A stretch of 64,000 bases of DNA from Calcarisporiella thermophila CBS 279.70 (taxonomy: Eukaryota > Fungi > Calcarisporiellomycota): NCBI RefSeq assembly GCF_041956535.1, contig NW_027192208.1:33014-97013 (forward strand). Direction: 5' to 3'. Each line of letters starts with the position of its first letter. Position 1 is the first letter of the stretch. The position numbers and the translations under genes are program-made. Shown in pieces: positions 24,151-37,150 of this stretch. The notes below the pieces were generated by a model that saw only the letters and a list, made by a program, of their open reading frames with translations, searched no databases and was not told the DNA's origin.

Positions 24151-25317
24151 CGCTTGATTGGGGCGGTGGCGACGGTGAGGTTCTTGGCACAGACGGTTTA
24201 TGGGTCGAGTTTGATTGTGGTGAGGGTGGATCGGAGTGTGTTTGATCGACCATTGGGAGGCGGATTAAATTACAAAGAGAGTATAAAAATAGAAGGAGAG
24301 AATAAAAACTCTATGTAAAAGTGACGGTGAAAAAGCCAAGTCCTGCAACGAAGAGAGAATTGCAAAACAATGTTAATGACAAGGAGTCACAAGAAATAGC
24401 GGATGAATGATCTCAAATATTGGCGGGCTGCCGATGTATTTCAAATATGTTTCCAGCTGTCAGGCAAAAGAATGAGGGCAATCAGGGAGAAATGGGAAAA
24501 TAGAAAAAAAAGAAAATAAAAAGAGGAGGGTGAAAGTTGAGCACCACGTCAATTGCCTTCTAGTTGATCGCCCTCAACACATCAAATAAATTTTTTGTGT
24601 CATGGGGTGCGATCCAAGAAAGGAATATTGCGGTGTCCTCATTAGCAAGAAATTAAAAGAGCAAAGGAACGGATCTGCCTGTATCAAAAAGTCTCAAAGC
24701 AGTCCTTGCTCAATTCCCCAACATTGCAATCAAATTTGCGGTTGCGCTTGAGGCCTACTACGGTATCTCTGCTTGTCCCCTTATGAACAGCAGCCGCAAA
24801 GAGCCCCTCCTACCCTCCCTCCCGCTCCTCTACTCAATTTCACGTGATTGCTTAGAATCCTATATATAGAATGCAGATGGAAGACAATGGTTTCTGTGAG
24901 TTGAAAGCTCACCATGCAAGGAAGTTGAATACTCTAAATCAATGTTTATTAGAAAGAGTGAAAAAGGAACCCCAACCCAGCACAAGATTGAATTTATCTA
25001 AATCGAACAAGCTCACAAAATTCAGTTACGTTATTTCTTATTGCTTTATATCAAGAAAGCTGGAAAACAATTGAAATCACAAATACCCCCCCACTCCCAA
25101 ACCCAAAACTGAATGAAACGGTAGAAAAAAAGTACATCAAGAAAAAAAGTTCAATTCAATGTTATGTTTATTTGTTTTTTTTTCCGTTTTTTTATATTTT
25201 CAAACCATTTCCTTCTCACTCTTTCCTTGCACTTCTATTACCGAAAACTACGAAATATTATACTAGTAAAGAAATGTTTGCGCAGATGGAAGTTAGCTAC
25301 CATCGCAAGACCCGTTA

Positions 25318-28300
25318 TTAAAGTGTGGCAAGGGACGGCGGCGGGATAGGGCGCAAGGGTACGGCCGCGCGGGAAAGCTCCATGCCCGCTTTGAACGCGT
25401 GCATATCGGTGACAATAACATTGCCATTGAGGGCCTCGCCGTTGACCACGTGTGATCCAGGTGGTACTGGCGATGGCGCCAAACGGCCATCGGCATTTAG
25501 CTTAGTCGCTTTACAAGGAGTAAGGGAGAGCGCTTCTGCGCATGCACGCATCATCTCTTCTACCTCTTCCTCCTCCGCCTTAGTCTCGTCTATCAAAAGT
25601 TGTCGAAGGGCTTGCTCTAGCTCGCCATCTCTACTCGCCTCAATCGCACGCTCCAGATCTTCCTGCTTGATCGCAACCCCTCGAGTCGAAAGACACATTC
25701 GTAGGCTCTCGAGATGCTCTGGCGTGGGGCTCCGGCGGGCAGCCGGAGGAGACCGAATGGCCTTGTGCGAGCGGATATGCACAGAGAGTTTCTTGCGCAC
25801 GGGCGAGGAAGGATGGATGTGCTTGTCATAAAATTGTAAAAGATCTTCTTTCTCAATACGCTTCAGCTCGTTGACATCGACTTCCGCTAGATGATTAAGC
25901 ATGGTTAGTATGGTGGCTGGTCTGCATAAAGGATTATATTGCCCACTTACCCTGGTCAAAGTCATAGAGCCCGGAATGCACAATCACCCAGTATCGGTGG
26001 GTTTCTTGTTGCAAGTTCTTATCCTTCTCCAGCTTCTTTGCAATCAGGGAATTAACCTGTGCCTTAAACTCCGCCTCTGTCAAGCTTTCAATAATACTTC
26101 GCAACTGGGCAAGGAAGGCCTCGATGCGCTCCTCAAGATGCTGTGTATCACGCTCGCTCTGAACGATAATTCGAAATCCCAGTATTCCAGGATGCTTACG
26201 GACACCGCTCCAGACGAAGTAGCCCAACTGCTCTTTTGTTCGCAGCTGGTTGAAGCAAGGCTCCTGAGCGATCTGTGAAAGTAGGCTGAGTCGTGCACGT
26301 AAAGGTACTTCTGTGACATCTCCGACCTGGCAGTAGAATTCCACTGCAGAGTTCAAATTCTCGACACTCGTCAACTCGCGTTGATACACAAATTTACCCC
26401 CTTGTTTCGGTAATAGCAGACTACGCGGTCCTATCAATTGGCTTGGCAGTAGTGGGCGGGGATCTATAATATTTTCTACAATCTCCATCATTCGTAATGC
26501 CTCCTCGCGGAAAATATTCCCGTGCATCACTGATTCAAAATGCATATGCGAGAAGATGAACGGGATAAAGTTCTGGACCTCTTCCGCAGTAATCTTTTCG
26601 AGCTCAAGCAACTTTTCTTCTTGCGTCCAGCTACGCTCGTGCAAAATATAGGACAGATAAAAGAGAGCGTGCTGATAGGGTTGGTCAAGGGCGAAATTCT
26701 TGTAATGCCGTCGTAGCTAAAAGGAAGCAAACAAAACAAAATCAAATTTTAGGCTGTAGATCGGATGAAAATCACCTAGCTCATACCTGATCTTTGATAA
26801 ATGTGAATCGGCTCATATCTACAGTGAAATTCTTCATTCGATGCACTACCTTTTCGAGTAGAACGGGCATCTTGTCGTTGTACCCCTCCATCAAGAATAG
26901 CATGCCTTCTGTCTGGTTCTCGAATGAGTAACTTAATCCAGCTACATCTGCATCATAGGCGTATTCGTTAAGAGAGTCTTGGAGCAAGTCCATAAACAAG
27001 CTATCGGAATAGAAGTTGAGGGTCAGATAAGAGGTCCAGTATGGCAATTAACAAAAATATCCGCAATAAGGAAAAATAGTTACGAGGTCTTCACATAATT
27101 TCCAGGCGTCGTATGTGTGAAGGGGTTGCGGAAGAGAATCCACACATTTGCACGGGGAACCCAAAATGTATCGTCCTTTTTATGCCATAGCCGAGTGATA
27201 CGCGTATTTTTGATTAGCGTTGGCTCTTTTGCTGGCTAAATTATTGAAGAAAAAAATTAGCTTCAACGCTTATTCCAGGAAATGCAACATCATTTACCAT
27301 TTCTATAGGAACTTTGTGAGTCTCAAAGTTTTTAGGTATGAAGTCATTTGCCCCAGGGAGCTCGAGATCCGGATTTTCTTTTGTTCTCGAAATTGTCTAC
27401 CAACCAATAAATAAGATATCAATTTGCCTACTATGCCACAAATATAGGTAGTAATTTCTCACCTTCATCAAATTCTCTGAAAGTTTCTCAACATGGTATT
27501 CGGTTCCATACCAACGTTCTTGCTTATTTAACTCCACAGGTAGGTCGAATTTTTGACTAATCAAAAACGCCCTATATAGAAGATTGTTTGAGATACTCTG
27601 CTCTCGCTTGAACAATTAAATCTTAAATACCTGAATGCATCTGGCCGAAGGTAATTGAGCCCTTCCCGTCGAATGCAGTCAGGATCCCATTCACGTATGA
27701 GGGATGACCCGGAAAGTATCCATTCGGGGGGATAAGGGCGTTGCATTAGCCCCGCAACATGAGTAGTGTAATACAGTGGCTTAGATTTTTCACTAAACCG
27801 GAATGATGTGGAGGCAAGGGATTGCACCTAATACATCGACAATGAATAGAGAAAAAAACGCGAAAAATCCATTTAAAATATTACCTCTCGGAATATCGAC
27901 TCCTGAATCCCATCTTTCTTTAATAGCTCGATGTATTGGAATACAATCTCTATAACTTCCTCGTAGTGCTCTAGAATTTAATAGGCATTTTAGCTATTGT
28001 ATTTACTAACAATAAAAAGAGTGGAAATTACTTAGCCCATTCTCAGTCAGATCTACCCAAATTTTAAAGAATTCGAATCCTGCAGAATGATTTGACCCTG
28101 CGGAGAGGAAGTTTGCCCACCCTTTTTTCTTTAGGAGCGAAAGGATGGAACCTTTGCCCTCATGTCCTATTAGGTGCGATAGGTATCGGCCCGGCTATAG
28201 TCAGACAATAAAAGGCAGTGTTAGAAGCGAAGCGAGTTTATATTTGAATAGAATAATATCTACCCTAACGCGGAATAGTCGATGCTGATCGGAAAACGGG

Positions 28301-29530
28301 AAAGTAAGCTCCAAACCACGCACGTCCTTCACGGATTTTACAAATACCAATGTCTATGTGAAATAATAGCACGGATTTAAATGTCTTTTCTAGCATGCCT
28401 GTATAATACCAATTTTGGTTTGGCAGCATAGCACTTACCCCCAGTTCATTCGGCGTCAATGGATTATTTTCGAATCGTGGAGGTTCAATGTTTGTGTTGC
28501 GCACTTCAGAGAATTTCTCAACAGTCCATTTCGTAAGTTGATCGAGTGAATCTAGAAATTCAAGTTTGCATTTCTTAAGTTAAAATAATCCAGTGGCAAG
28601 CATAAAACTACTTATTCTTACCTCTTCCTAAAATGCACAGCTTCATTACATTGGCACTGTAGTAGCGATCATAGAATTTAAGCAATTCTGCACGCACGTC
28701 GATTCCTTTTCTTGTGGGCTCATTAAGCAGAGTCTCTAACGATCCCGTACCAAATTGATGGTAGGGGTTGGATGGGTCAGATAATGTCTTCTCAAGCTGA
28801 AATAGTCGCCAGTCATCAGACTGGAGATTCTTTTTATGCTCTATAAAAACGTTTTTCATTGAGCTTTACGTGATCACCTTCAAAATGGCTTTAACATAGA
28901 CTCAATTACCAGAATCAACCGCCTTTAACTCTCGTTCAGTACAACTCTCATTGAACAATGGTCGTACAAAAAACTGGGCGAATCGATCAAGTGCACCCTC
29001 GAGATAATCATGCGCTACTTCGAAGTGATAATTTGTGTTGACGTAGGAAGTAAAGGCATTAGCCTGACCAGAGTGCTTGGAAAGATACTGGCTATACTCG
29101 TTTTCTTTGGGATACTTCTCAGTTCCCTATAAAATACACATTGCACACTGTTAGTCCATGCAATGGACAGAGCGAAAAATAGGGCCAAGCGAGACTAACC
29201 ATGAATAGAAGATGTTCGCAAAAATGGGCCAAGCCTTGTAAATCTTCCTATTGCAGTTTAAAATATATTCAAGTAACTCTTAAGCGAATATTTTAATATA
29301 AGTATTATTACCGGATCACTCATATTCCCAACATTAACGTCTAATGCTGCGCTTGCCTTGTCCGTGTTTGGATCATGCACGAGAAGAGCCTCTAGGCAAT
29401 TGTGCAGCCGCACAAGACGATATTCACGATCGTCATTTTCCGATTTCTCAAGGGGTAGTGTAAACACATAGTGGCTTCCATCGTTGGAGAGTGCCCATCG
29501 GTTGTTGTCTTCAAGATGAGTAGACGGCAT
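25318..29530 (-). CDS. STE23: Insulin-degrading enzyme / Ste23 M16 metalloprotease
   Basis: [37 protein letters not shown] (inverted HxxEH zinc motif), [10 protein letters not shown] and [12 protein letters not shown]; many introns. Confidence 0.93.
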
Positions 29531-30461
29531 GATCACTTGATTTATATATACTTTTCTTTGGTGCCCAAGAAATTTGATCAGCAAAGGATAATTATAAGCT
29601 AATTCAAGAGAGAAAAGTGTGAAAAGATCTTGAGTAGTGAGAAATAAAATCTGCCTGCTAAATTAACGCACCTCTTATTTCAGAATCAGAGAACTTGCAT
29701 AGACCCGATTAAAAACAAGCAAGAAGAAGGATTTGTCACTACAATAAGATCAGGTTATTTTTCTACAGGAATAAGATGGGGACCCAAATTAGTATTGATG
29801 CTCTCAGAACATTGAATAACACAAACAGAAAATTCATACCTAAATGAATTAATCAAAAAATGGAGCAAGTGAAATAAAAATCTAAGTTAAAAAAAAATGA
29901 GAGATGGCAAAGAGAAATTAGAAATGTTATCTTATTCAAGAAGAGAAGAAAATAAATAAAGTTCGACAAAATAAAGGTATATTGATATGCCGATAAAAAG
30001 TATTTATAGAAGATTCAAGTACAAAATCCAGAGGAAAGCATTTTTTTCTCGAAACCAAAAGATCAACAAGATAATTGATTGCAATGTTACCTTTAAAAAT
30101 TATTTATGCGTAATTTCAATGTACATGAAGCGAGCTGAGGAGGAAAGAGAAACGAAAGGACCCCCGAATATTCCACTAGCTCAAGTCTGGAGAAGCGCGT
30201 TTGAGATCAATCAGCTAAGCCGCTAATTAATCCGAATCTTCGAGTATGGAAAACGCGTCTTATATTGTGTGGTTTTAACCTATTGAGAAACCCATATTAT
30301 ATCCTTGCACTTTTACTAACCATTTTTTTTATCCTCATTTCTCAGGCGTGATTAGTCTTAAATCAGATTCGAAGCAGCAATTTTTATGGCTTCCCCCCTC
30401 CACCTTCATTTAATTTTTTCATTTGCAATTTAAACCATCGTCATTCAAATTATTTGTCACC

Positions 30462-32604
30462 ATGCCTGTCATGACTCGTAATATGCACCGCCAAAAGGAG
30501 AAGCGAAAAGGCCGAAGGCGTCGATCCAACTCTTCATCTTCTTCTGACGTGCTGGGAGTCGAGACAGATCTGGCTTCCATTGGTAAAATATTCACTCTAT
30601 TTGATGATTCATCGAATATTATATCTTTAAATTTTTATTTTCTTAATCCTTTATACCATACAGTACTTGACGATGATCCGTTAGATCAGAATCCTCAACT
30701 GTTACTACGCTTTCCGAAGATCCGATTGTTAAAGTTATGTATGGAAAGGAACTTGGATGTAGAAGGAAAAACGAAACCAGAACTTGTTGAGAGCTTGATG
30801 CAATGGGTATATATAGGGCTATTTTAATATGATATATTATTATAGATCATTACATGTTTTTTGATTAATAGAAAACATTACAAGACCGTCCAAAGCGTAC
30901 CGCTGCGATTAAAGCCGAAGCTCGACTTCTCCGAAACACTCAATTGCAAAAACCTTTGCATAATATAGCCAAAGATGGCAAAGCAAACTTGGGAGGAATT
31001 GATTTAGAATTGAGAAGAAGGCAACAAGCCAAACGAGTAGAAGTTGTGATTGAGCGCCAATCTCTTGGATTCAATAAGAACAAGAAAGAGTCGAGAAACA
31101 CACGAGTCGAAGATGAAGAAGAGGAGATTATTGAGGGCGAAAAAGAAAATGAAATAAATCACGTAGTAGAGCCGAATGAGAAAAGAGAAAAGGAGAAAGA
31201 CAAGGGCAGAAGAAGGGAGCGAAGAGAGAAAGAGAGAGATAAAAAAGAGAAGCAGTACAAGCCCACAAAAGATTTAGAAAGAGATAGCAGAGTTCCTGTC
31301 CCACCGTCACCTTCGCAAACAACTACGTTGAGTGCTCCTAATGACCAACGTGTACCCGACTTAGATGCTTTGGATCTGGCGGATTTTCGGATCCCTTTTG
31401 ATGCAATTGTTAAAGGACCAAAAATTGGTAGCGGGTAAAATTTTATACATTATTTTCATAATTTACCAAGTCCAGTATTTATGTTGAAATATTTTTTGAT
31501 TACAGTGCTTTTAAAGATGTCTATAGCGGAACTTTCCAAGGCACCCCTGTGGCTATTGGAGAACTTCGTATCTCAAACCTAACCGACCATGATATCAAAG
31601 AACTGGAAGTACTGCGCATGCTTCGCCACGATAATATAGTAAGATTTATTGGAGTTGCCACTCCCTCATTCGACCCTCTTTCCACGAGAATACCACCGAT
31701 TTGTATAATAACGGAGTTGGCGGATGGAGACTTATTCGATTGGATAAGACAAAAGGATCCTCCTGAATTTGATAAAATGGTGAGTGTTTAACTTGATATT
31801 GCTAGAATACAAACGCTGTAATATTTCTCAAACTACACTTTATATATTATTAGCTGGAGCTTATATATGACATTGCGTCTGGAGTGAAGTAAGAACAATT
31901 GCCATTTATATCGTTATCGGAGCGCCATAATTTATTTCTTTCTATAGCTATCTGCACACAAGAAGACCCGCTATTATCCACCGTGATTTGAAGAGTATCA
32001 ATATCCTGATAAAAGAAAATCATGCAAAAATCAACGACTTTGGACTGGCACGTATCAAGCATACACGTGCGAGTGTGATGCACTCAATAGTTGGCACAGG
32101 TAATGTTTCTTCGCTAAGTATGAGTATATGATTTTGTACTAAATTGCTTGACTTTTTGTACTAAATAGCAAATTGGCAAGCTCCCGAATTTTGGACAGCT
32201 TCACCTGTCTATAATGAAAAAGTGGATGTCTACAGCTGTGCTCTTATTTTCTGGGAAATTTTGACGTGGATATGGCCCGAACGTAGATATCCTTTTGAAG
32301 GGTTGAACAATTTTCAAATATATGAAAACGGTAAATACAACTATGATTTGATCTTGAATGGTATCCTAATCCTTTTTTCTAGTTGGAAGAAAAAAACAAA
32401 GGCCACCAACGGTAGGACTAAGAAAGAATTATCCCCATGCCCTCATATCCCTCGTTGAGCAGATGTGGGTGAGTAGTATACCAGTGGCTTAAAAATATTA
32501 TAAAAATAATGATTGCTGACTTTCCTCCATTATAGGACCACAATCCAGCAGCACGCCCATCAATGGCAAAAGTTGTTGAAGAGTTACAACAATTTTTACC
32601 ATAG
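30462..32604 (+). CDS. Tyrosine-kinase-like (TKL) protein kinase with N-terminal SAP-like motif and a WNK-type lysine
   Basis: Spliced sequence GSGAFKDVY..VAIGEL, LRHDNIVRFIG, IIHRDLKSINIL, DFGLARIK, GTANWQAPE and DVYSCALIFWEIL. N-terminal RLLKLCMERNLDVEGKTKPELVESL. Confidence 0.88.
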
Positions 32605-32856
32605 TTAGACACAGGAGAATATTTCAATTTTATACACATTGTTTTTTTTTGTTGATTTGCTTTTATTGTCGAATGATACTTGTAATCTGACATTATTTTA
32701 TTATCTCCCTTGTTGCTTGACAAACTGTAAATAAATAATAATACTTCTGTTCATCTAAAATTAGAAAAACCGCCAATTCCCCAAATCGCCCTCTCCGATT
32801 ATTTGACGCGAACGTAACTTTCAGTACTCGAGACAAAAATTGAGGATAAAATAATA

Positions 32857-34057
32857 ATGGAAGAGAATAAACACTATTCTTTCTTAGAAGTAATCCGCAA
32901 ATGCGACAATGTAATCCTTGATTCTCTCGTTCCCTGGCGCCTTTCATCAGGCGCTATACTTGGTTACCTACACCATTCCACTATTCCACATTTAAGTTCA
33001 TACAATTCCTTGTTTCCAGAGGGACAACAGCCTTTTGTGATTAGAGAGAAATGTGTGGAATTTGCTGGATGGGTGAATGACTATAAGAAGCGGTGCGATG
33101 TGATGCATCGTCTGCTTGAATACTGGCGGAAGGAGCAAACGTTCGCGTGCCTTAAGGGATGGAGAAATGAATTATACCCTATTTACGGCGATGATTCCCA
33201 TGAAAAAGGCTTGGCTATGTCTATAGAACGGTCTGGAGCATACATATTTGGAATCGCTGCTTATGGATCACACATGAATGGATATGTGCGTACAGCGGAA
33301 GGTATTAAAATGTGGATTGGGCGACGAAGCCCCTGCAAGCAAACTTGGCCAGGATATTTGGATAATACGGTAATAATTAATTCGGTATATGTTATTTTAA
33401 AAGAGTATGACCTGAATATAAAGTAGGTCGGAGGGGGTATTACTTGTGGAGATTCTCCCCGTATGACTATTATTCGAGAGAGTGAAGAAGAAGCTAGTAT
33501 TCCTCGAGATGTCGCGGAGAAAGCAAGTATTTTGAAAAACTTGTTTGACAATATCTTTGTTTTTTGTTCCCTAATTATAGATATAACAATTCAGTCAATA
33601 GCTGTCGGAGCAGTGACTTATTTTACTCATGATTATGTCGGCCTTATTGCCGAAACCATTTACTGCTATGATCTCGAAATGCCATTAGATATTGAACCAA
33701 AGCCATGCGACGGAGAGGTAGAAAGCTTCTATCTTTGGGATATGGATGAGGTAAATAAACAAAGGGATGTCGTGCACGTTTACATTGTCTAACATACGAT
33801 TTTAATTTAGGTAAAAAAACGCATTCGTGCAGGAGAGTTCCAGCCATGCTCTGCACTAGGTAGACATGTCTTTAACTTTAATTTTTGGACCACTATCCAA
33901 GTATATGTATTTACATCGTAGTTTCTCTCTTTCTTTAGTTGTCATTGACTTCATGATACGTCACGGAATTATTACAGCAGAGAATGACCCCGACTACATA
34001 GACATCACCGCAGCCCTTCACCGGAGACTTGATCACACAGGACCGAGGTATTTATAG
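32857..34057 (+). CDS. Nudix hydrolase, YJR142W / thiamine-pyrophosphokinase-related (DUF4743 + NUDIX)
   Basis: [66 protein letters not shown] and DFMIRHGIITAENDPDY. Confidence 0.9.
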
Positions 34058-34258
34058 ATGACATCGAAGTTCGGATAATAGTCTGATTACTCGGTGCAAA
34101 AGTTCGCTACCTATTGTAACTAATACTATAGTTATTTTCGTTATTTTCTTGCTTTACTATCATTTATATATCATCAACAAATTATGCTACTACATAATAA
34201 GACATATATTAGAATGAAATCAAATATAAATAAATCAACTCGAATAAACGATAGCTGG

Positions 34259-35530
34259 TTATTTTTTACGACGTTTTGACTTGCGTGTTCCATCGATAAC
34301 AGTCTCAGTTATATTTTTACTCTTGGATTCCAATTTTGCATTTTTCTGAGCAATAAGCTTTGCCTGGACAGCTTGAAACTCCTCTTCTGTCGGTTCCTCA
34401 AACTCTTCCTTATCCTCTTCTTCCTCGTTGTTACTATACTGTTCCTCATCATTAGTATTTCCATTTTCTTTCTTATTTTTCTGCTTATATTTTCCTTGTT
34501 TCCCGTATTTTTTCTCCAAGCCATTGACCAGTGCACTCATACGCTTTGCCCCTCGATCCTTGATCTCCTTAGCCAGCTTATCATTATCCTTCGATGTTGC
34601 AGTTTTCTTTTTCATGAGTTTTGCTTGTATTGCTTGAAATTCTTCTTCGCTAGGTTCCACGAACTCCTCGCCTCCTTCCAAACTCTCTTTCTTTTTATCT
34701 TTTTTGGACTTTCTTCCTTGGCTCTCTTTTTTTGCCCCGTATTTTGCTTCCAAACCATCAATGAGTGCACTCATGCGTTCCTTCTGCCTTTGCATTATCA
34801 GCTGTCCAAGAGACTCTTCTCCCTTCAATTTCTTGTCCAACCCCATCTCCTTCGCTAATTTCTCTGCTTCGCGTGCCTCTTTCTCTGCCATATCTCTTCT
34901 CCGTTTCTGGGCCTTTGTATCGACGCGGAACGACTTGTACCTCTTTACTTGCTTTGCATTGATTGCGTTTTCGATAATGGTTCGGAATCGCTCCTCATCC
35001 TCAACTGTGGAGCAAGGAATTTCCGCAAGGATAGAATCCATATCTCCTTTGTGCACTTCATAAGCTGCGAGAACCTCATTACTTTCTTCCTCAGACCCTG
35101 CAATAGAATTTGATAAGCATTTGAGATTTAGCATCACAAGAAAATTAATTGAGCTTAAAGTTCGAAGGAATTCACCTCGATATTTTCTCGCAAATTCTTC
35201 GATTGACTTTGCACTTACAACTCCGGCCCACATTTCCTTAAAATATGCATCCCAATCTGCATCTCCGCATACAGAATCAAGCCCATCAATTTCACCTGTT
35301 TTATCATATCTATCTCTTTTTTTTGAATCACTCAAGATAGCATAGGCAAAACTAAGTTGTTGAAATTTCTGAGTTGCTGCATTGCGCGCTTCTGGGTCTT
35401 GATGTTTATCAGGGTGATGTTGTAAAGCAAGGCGACGATACGCTTTTTTGATTTCATTGGGGGAAGCTGTTTTTGGTAAGGAGAAAAGAGAATAAAGATC
35501 AGAAGGAATATCCAATGTCTCCGTTGACAT
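34259..35530 (-). CDS. DnaJ co-chaperone, DNAJC9-like
   Basis: J domain with HPD, then DWDAYFKEMW, YR|GSEEE and GDMDSIL. The ORF track reads through an in-frame intron at ~35175-35098. Confidence 0.9.
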   Translation of the reverse strand: MSTETLDIPSDLYSLFSLPKTASPNEIKKAYRRLALQHHPDKHQDPEARNAATQKFQQLSFAYAILSDSKKRDRYDKTGEIDGLDSVCGDADWDAYFKEMWAGVVSAKSIEEFARKYRGEFLRTLSSINFLVMLNLKCLSNSIAGSEEESNEVLAAYEVHKGDMDSILAEIPCSTVEDEERFRTIIENAINAKQVKRYKSFRVDTKAQKRRRDMAEKEAREAEKLAKEMGLDKKLKGEESLGQLIMQRQKERMSALIDGLEAKYGAKKESQGRKSKKDKKKESLEGGEEFVEPSEEEFQAIQAKLMKKKTATSKDNDKLAKEIKDRGAKRMSALVNGLEKKYGKQGKYKQKNKKENGNTNDEEQYSNNEEEEDKEEFEEPTEEEFQAVQAKLIAQKNAKLESKSKNITETVIDGTRKSKRRKK

Positions 35531-35724
35531 TTCAAAATTATGATTATTTATTGTGATTCTATTAAATTACAAAAAAATAAACGCGATACACGAAAAAAAT
35601 GAAAATTGAGGGTCAAATTAGATAAAAGTCACAACAAAGCCACATTTCGTAAACAAAATATACTTTAAAATTCTTCAATGCTTCTTACTCATTAAACATT
35701 GAGATCGATTAAGAGTTATAGAAA

Positions 35725-36433
35725 ATGAGGTTAGACAGGTGTTATTTTTGCAGTAGTGTGTGCTATCCTGGGCACGGTGTTATGTTTGTTAGAAATGACA
35801 GTAAGGTAATATACCTAGATTGAATTCGACATTAGATCATATCAGTGAAAATTTTTGAATTTCACTTTTCTTCTCGGTATTCTTCTAATACTTGAATTTC
35901 TTACGATTAGTCATTCAGATTTTGTCGATCGAAATGCCATAAGAACTTTAAGGTATATCTTTTTCAAGTTTTCTTGATAGCCAAATCTTGTTAACATTCT
36001 ATTTTGGGTATTAGATGAAGAGGAACCCACGCAAGGTCCGTTGGACAAAAGCATTCAGAAAGGCGGCAGGCAAAGAAATGACTATCGTGAGTGGCCTAAG
36101 AATTGTTGGTGTAATCATATATAAGCCCAGCCTAATATATTTGTATAGGATTCCACATTTGAATTTGAGAAACGCCGCAATGTTCCTGTGCGCTACGATC
36201 GTGATCTGATGGCCACAACCGTCAAGGCGATGAAACGAGTACATGAAATCCGCCAGCGCCGTGAACGTGCATTCTACAAGAACCGGATGGCAGGCAACAA
36301 AGAGAGAGAGAAGAGTGAGAACGCACGAGAAGTTCAACGTGGCATCGATCTTATCCAGGCGCCGTCAGCTAAGAATAAGGCACAGGTGGCGAAGGTTGCA
36401 ACGGAGACAAAACAAATGGAACTCGATTCGTAA
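35725..36433 (+). CDS. RLP24: Ribosome biogenesis protein Rlp24
   Basis: [73 protein letters not shown]; four exons. Confidence 0.95.
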
Positions 36434-37150
36434 AATAATCAAAATTTTGTTTTCGTCGTCTTCGATTGTGTTTTTGCATTACGTTTTCCCTCAGTCTTCT
36501 CTCATAACTCTCTCCTCTGTCCTTCGAACTCTTATTATCCCACAATATATAATATATGAATAGATAATACTTGGATACCATATGAAATGCTTAAACTGAC
36601 ATCATTTTACAATATATGCCAATATCAGTATTATGAATAGTGGGGGTGGATCTCTGTGTCGATACCAGGTTTACTATGACAGGATTAATAATGCAAAGTT
36701 AATATAATAAGTAATAATTATTGTAGGTTTCATAGTGCCTTGTGGCATTTTTTTTTTTCGCCTCAATGTTTCTTTTGACAGGTTGTGGGAAGTTGTTTGT
36801 TTTTTGTATTTTATTGTTGCAATAAAAAAACATTCTGGTCAGATAATGGAAATATTGAAGATGGGATAGCCAGAGGTTTCAATTCGATATGAAATCAAAC
36901 ATACACTCTATTTCAGAGTGTTTAGAGACAAGACGAAGAATCCTCTTTATTTCATTTCTCAATTTTTCTTTCACCCCCCCCCCCCCTTTTCTTTCTTTAC
37001 TTTTCGCCTAGATACCTTCTCCTTTGCTTCATCCCTTCCATTTTGATCGGCTTATTTCTAGCTTATAAACCATAGAAAAATAAGGAAAATTAAGAAAGGG
37101 GGAAGTTTCTCTTCTCTTACTCTTCTCATCTCCTTATTCATTGAACACAG

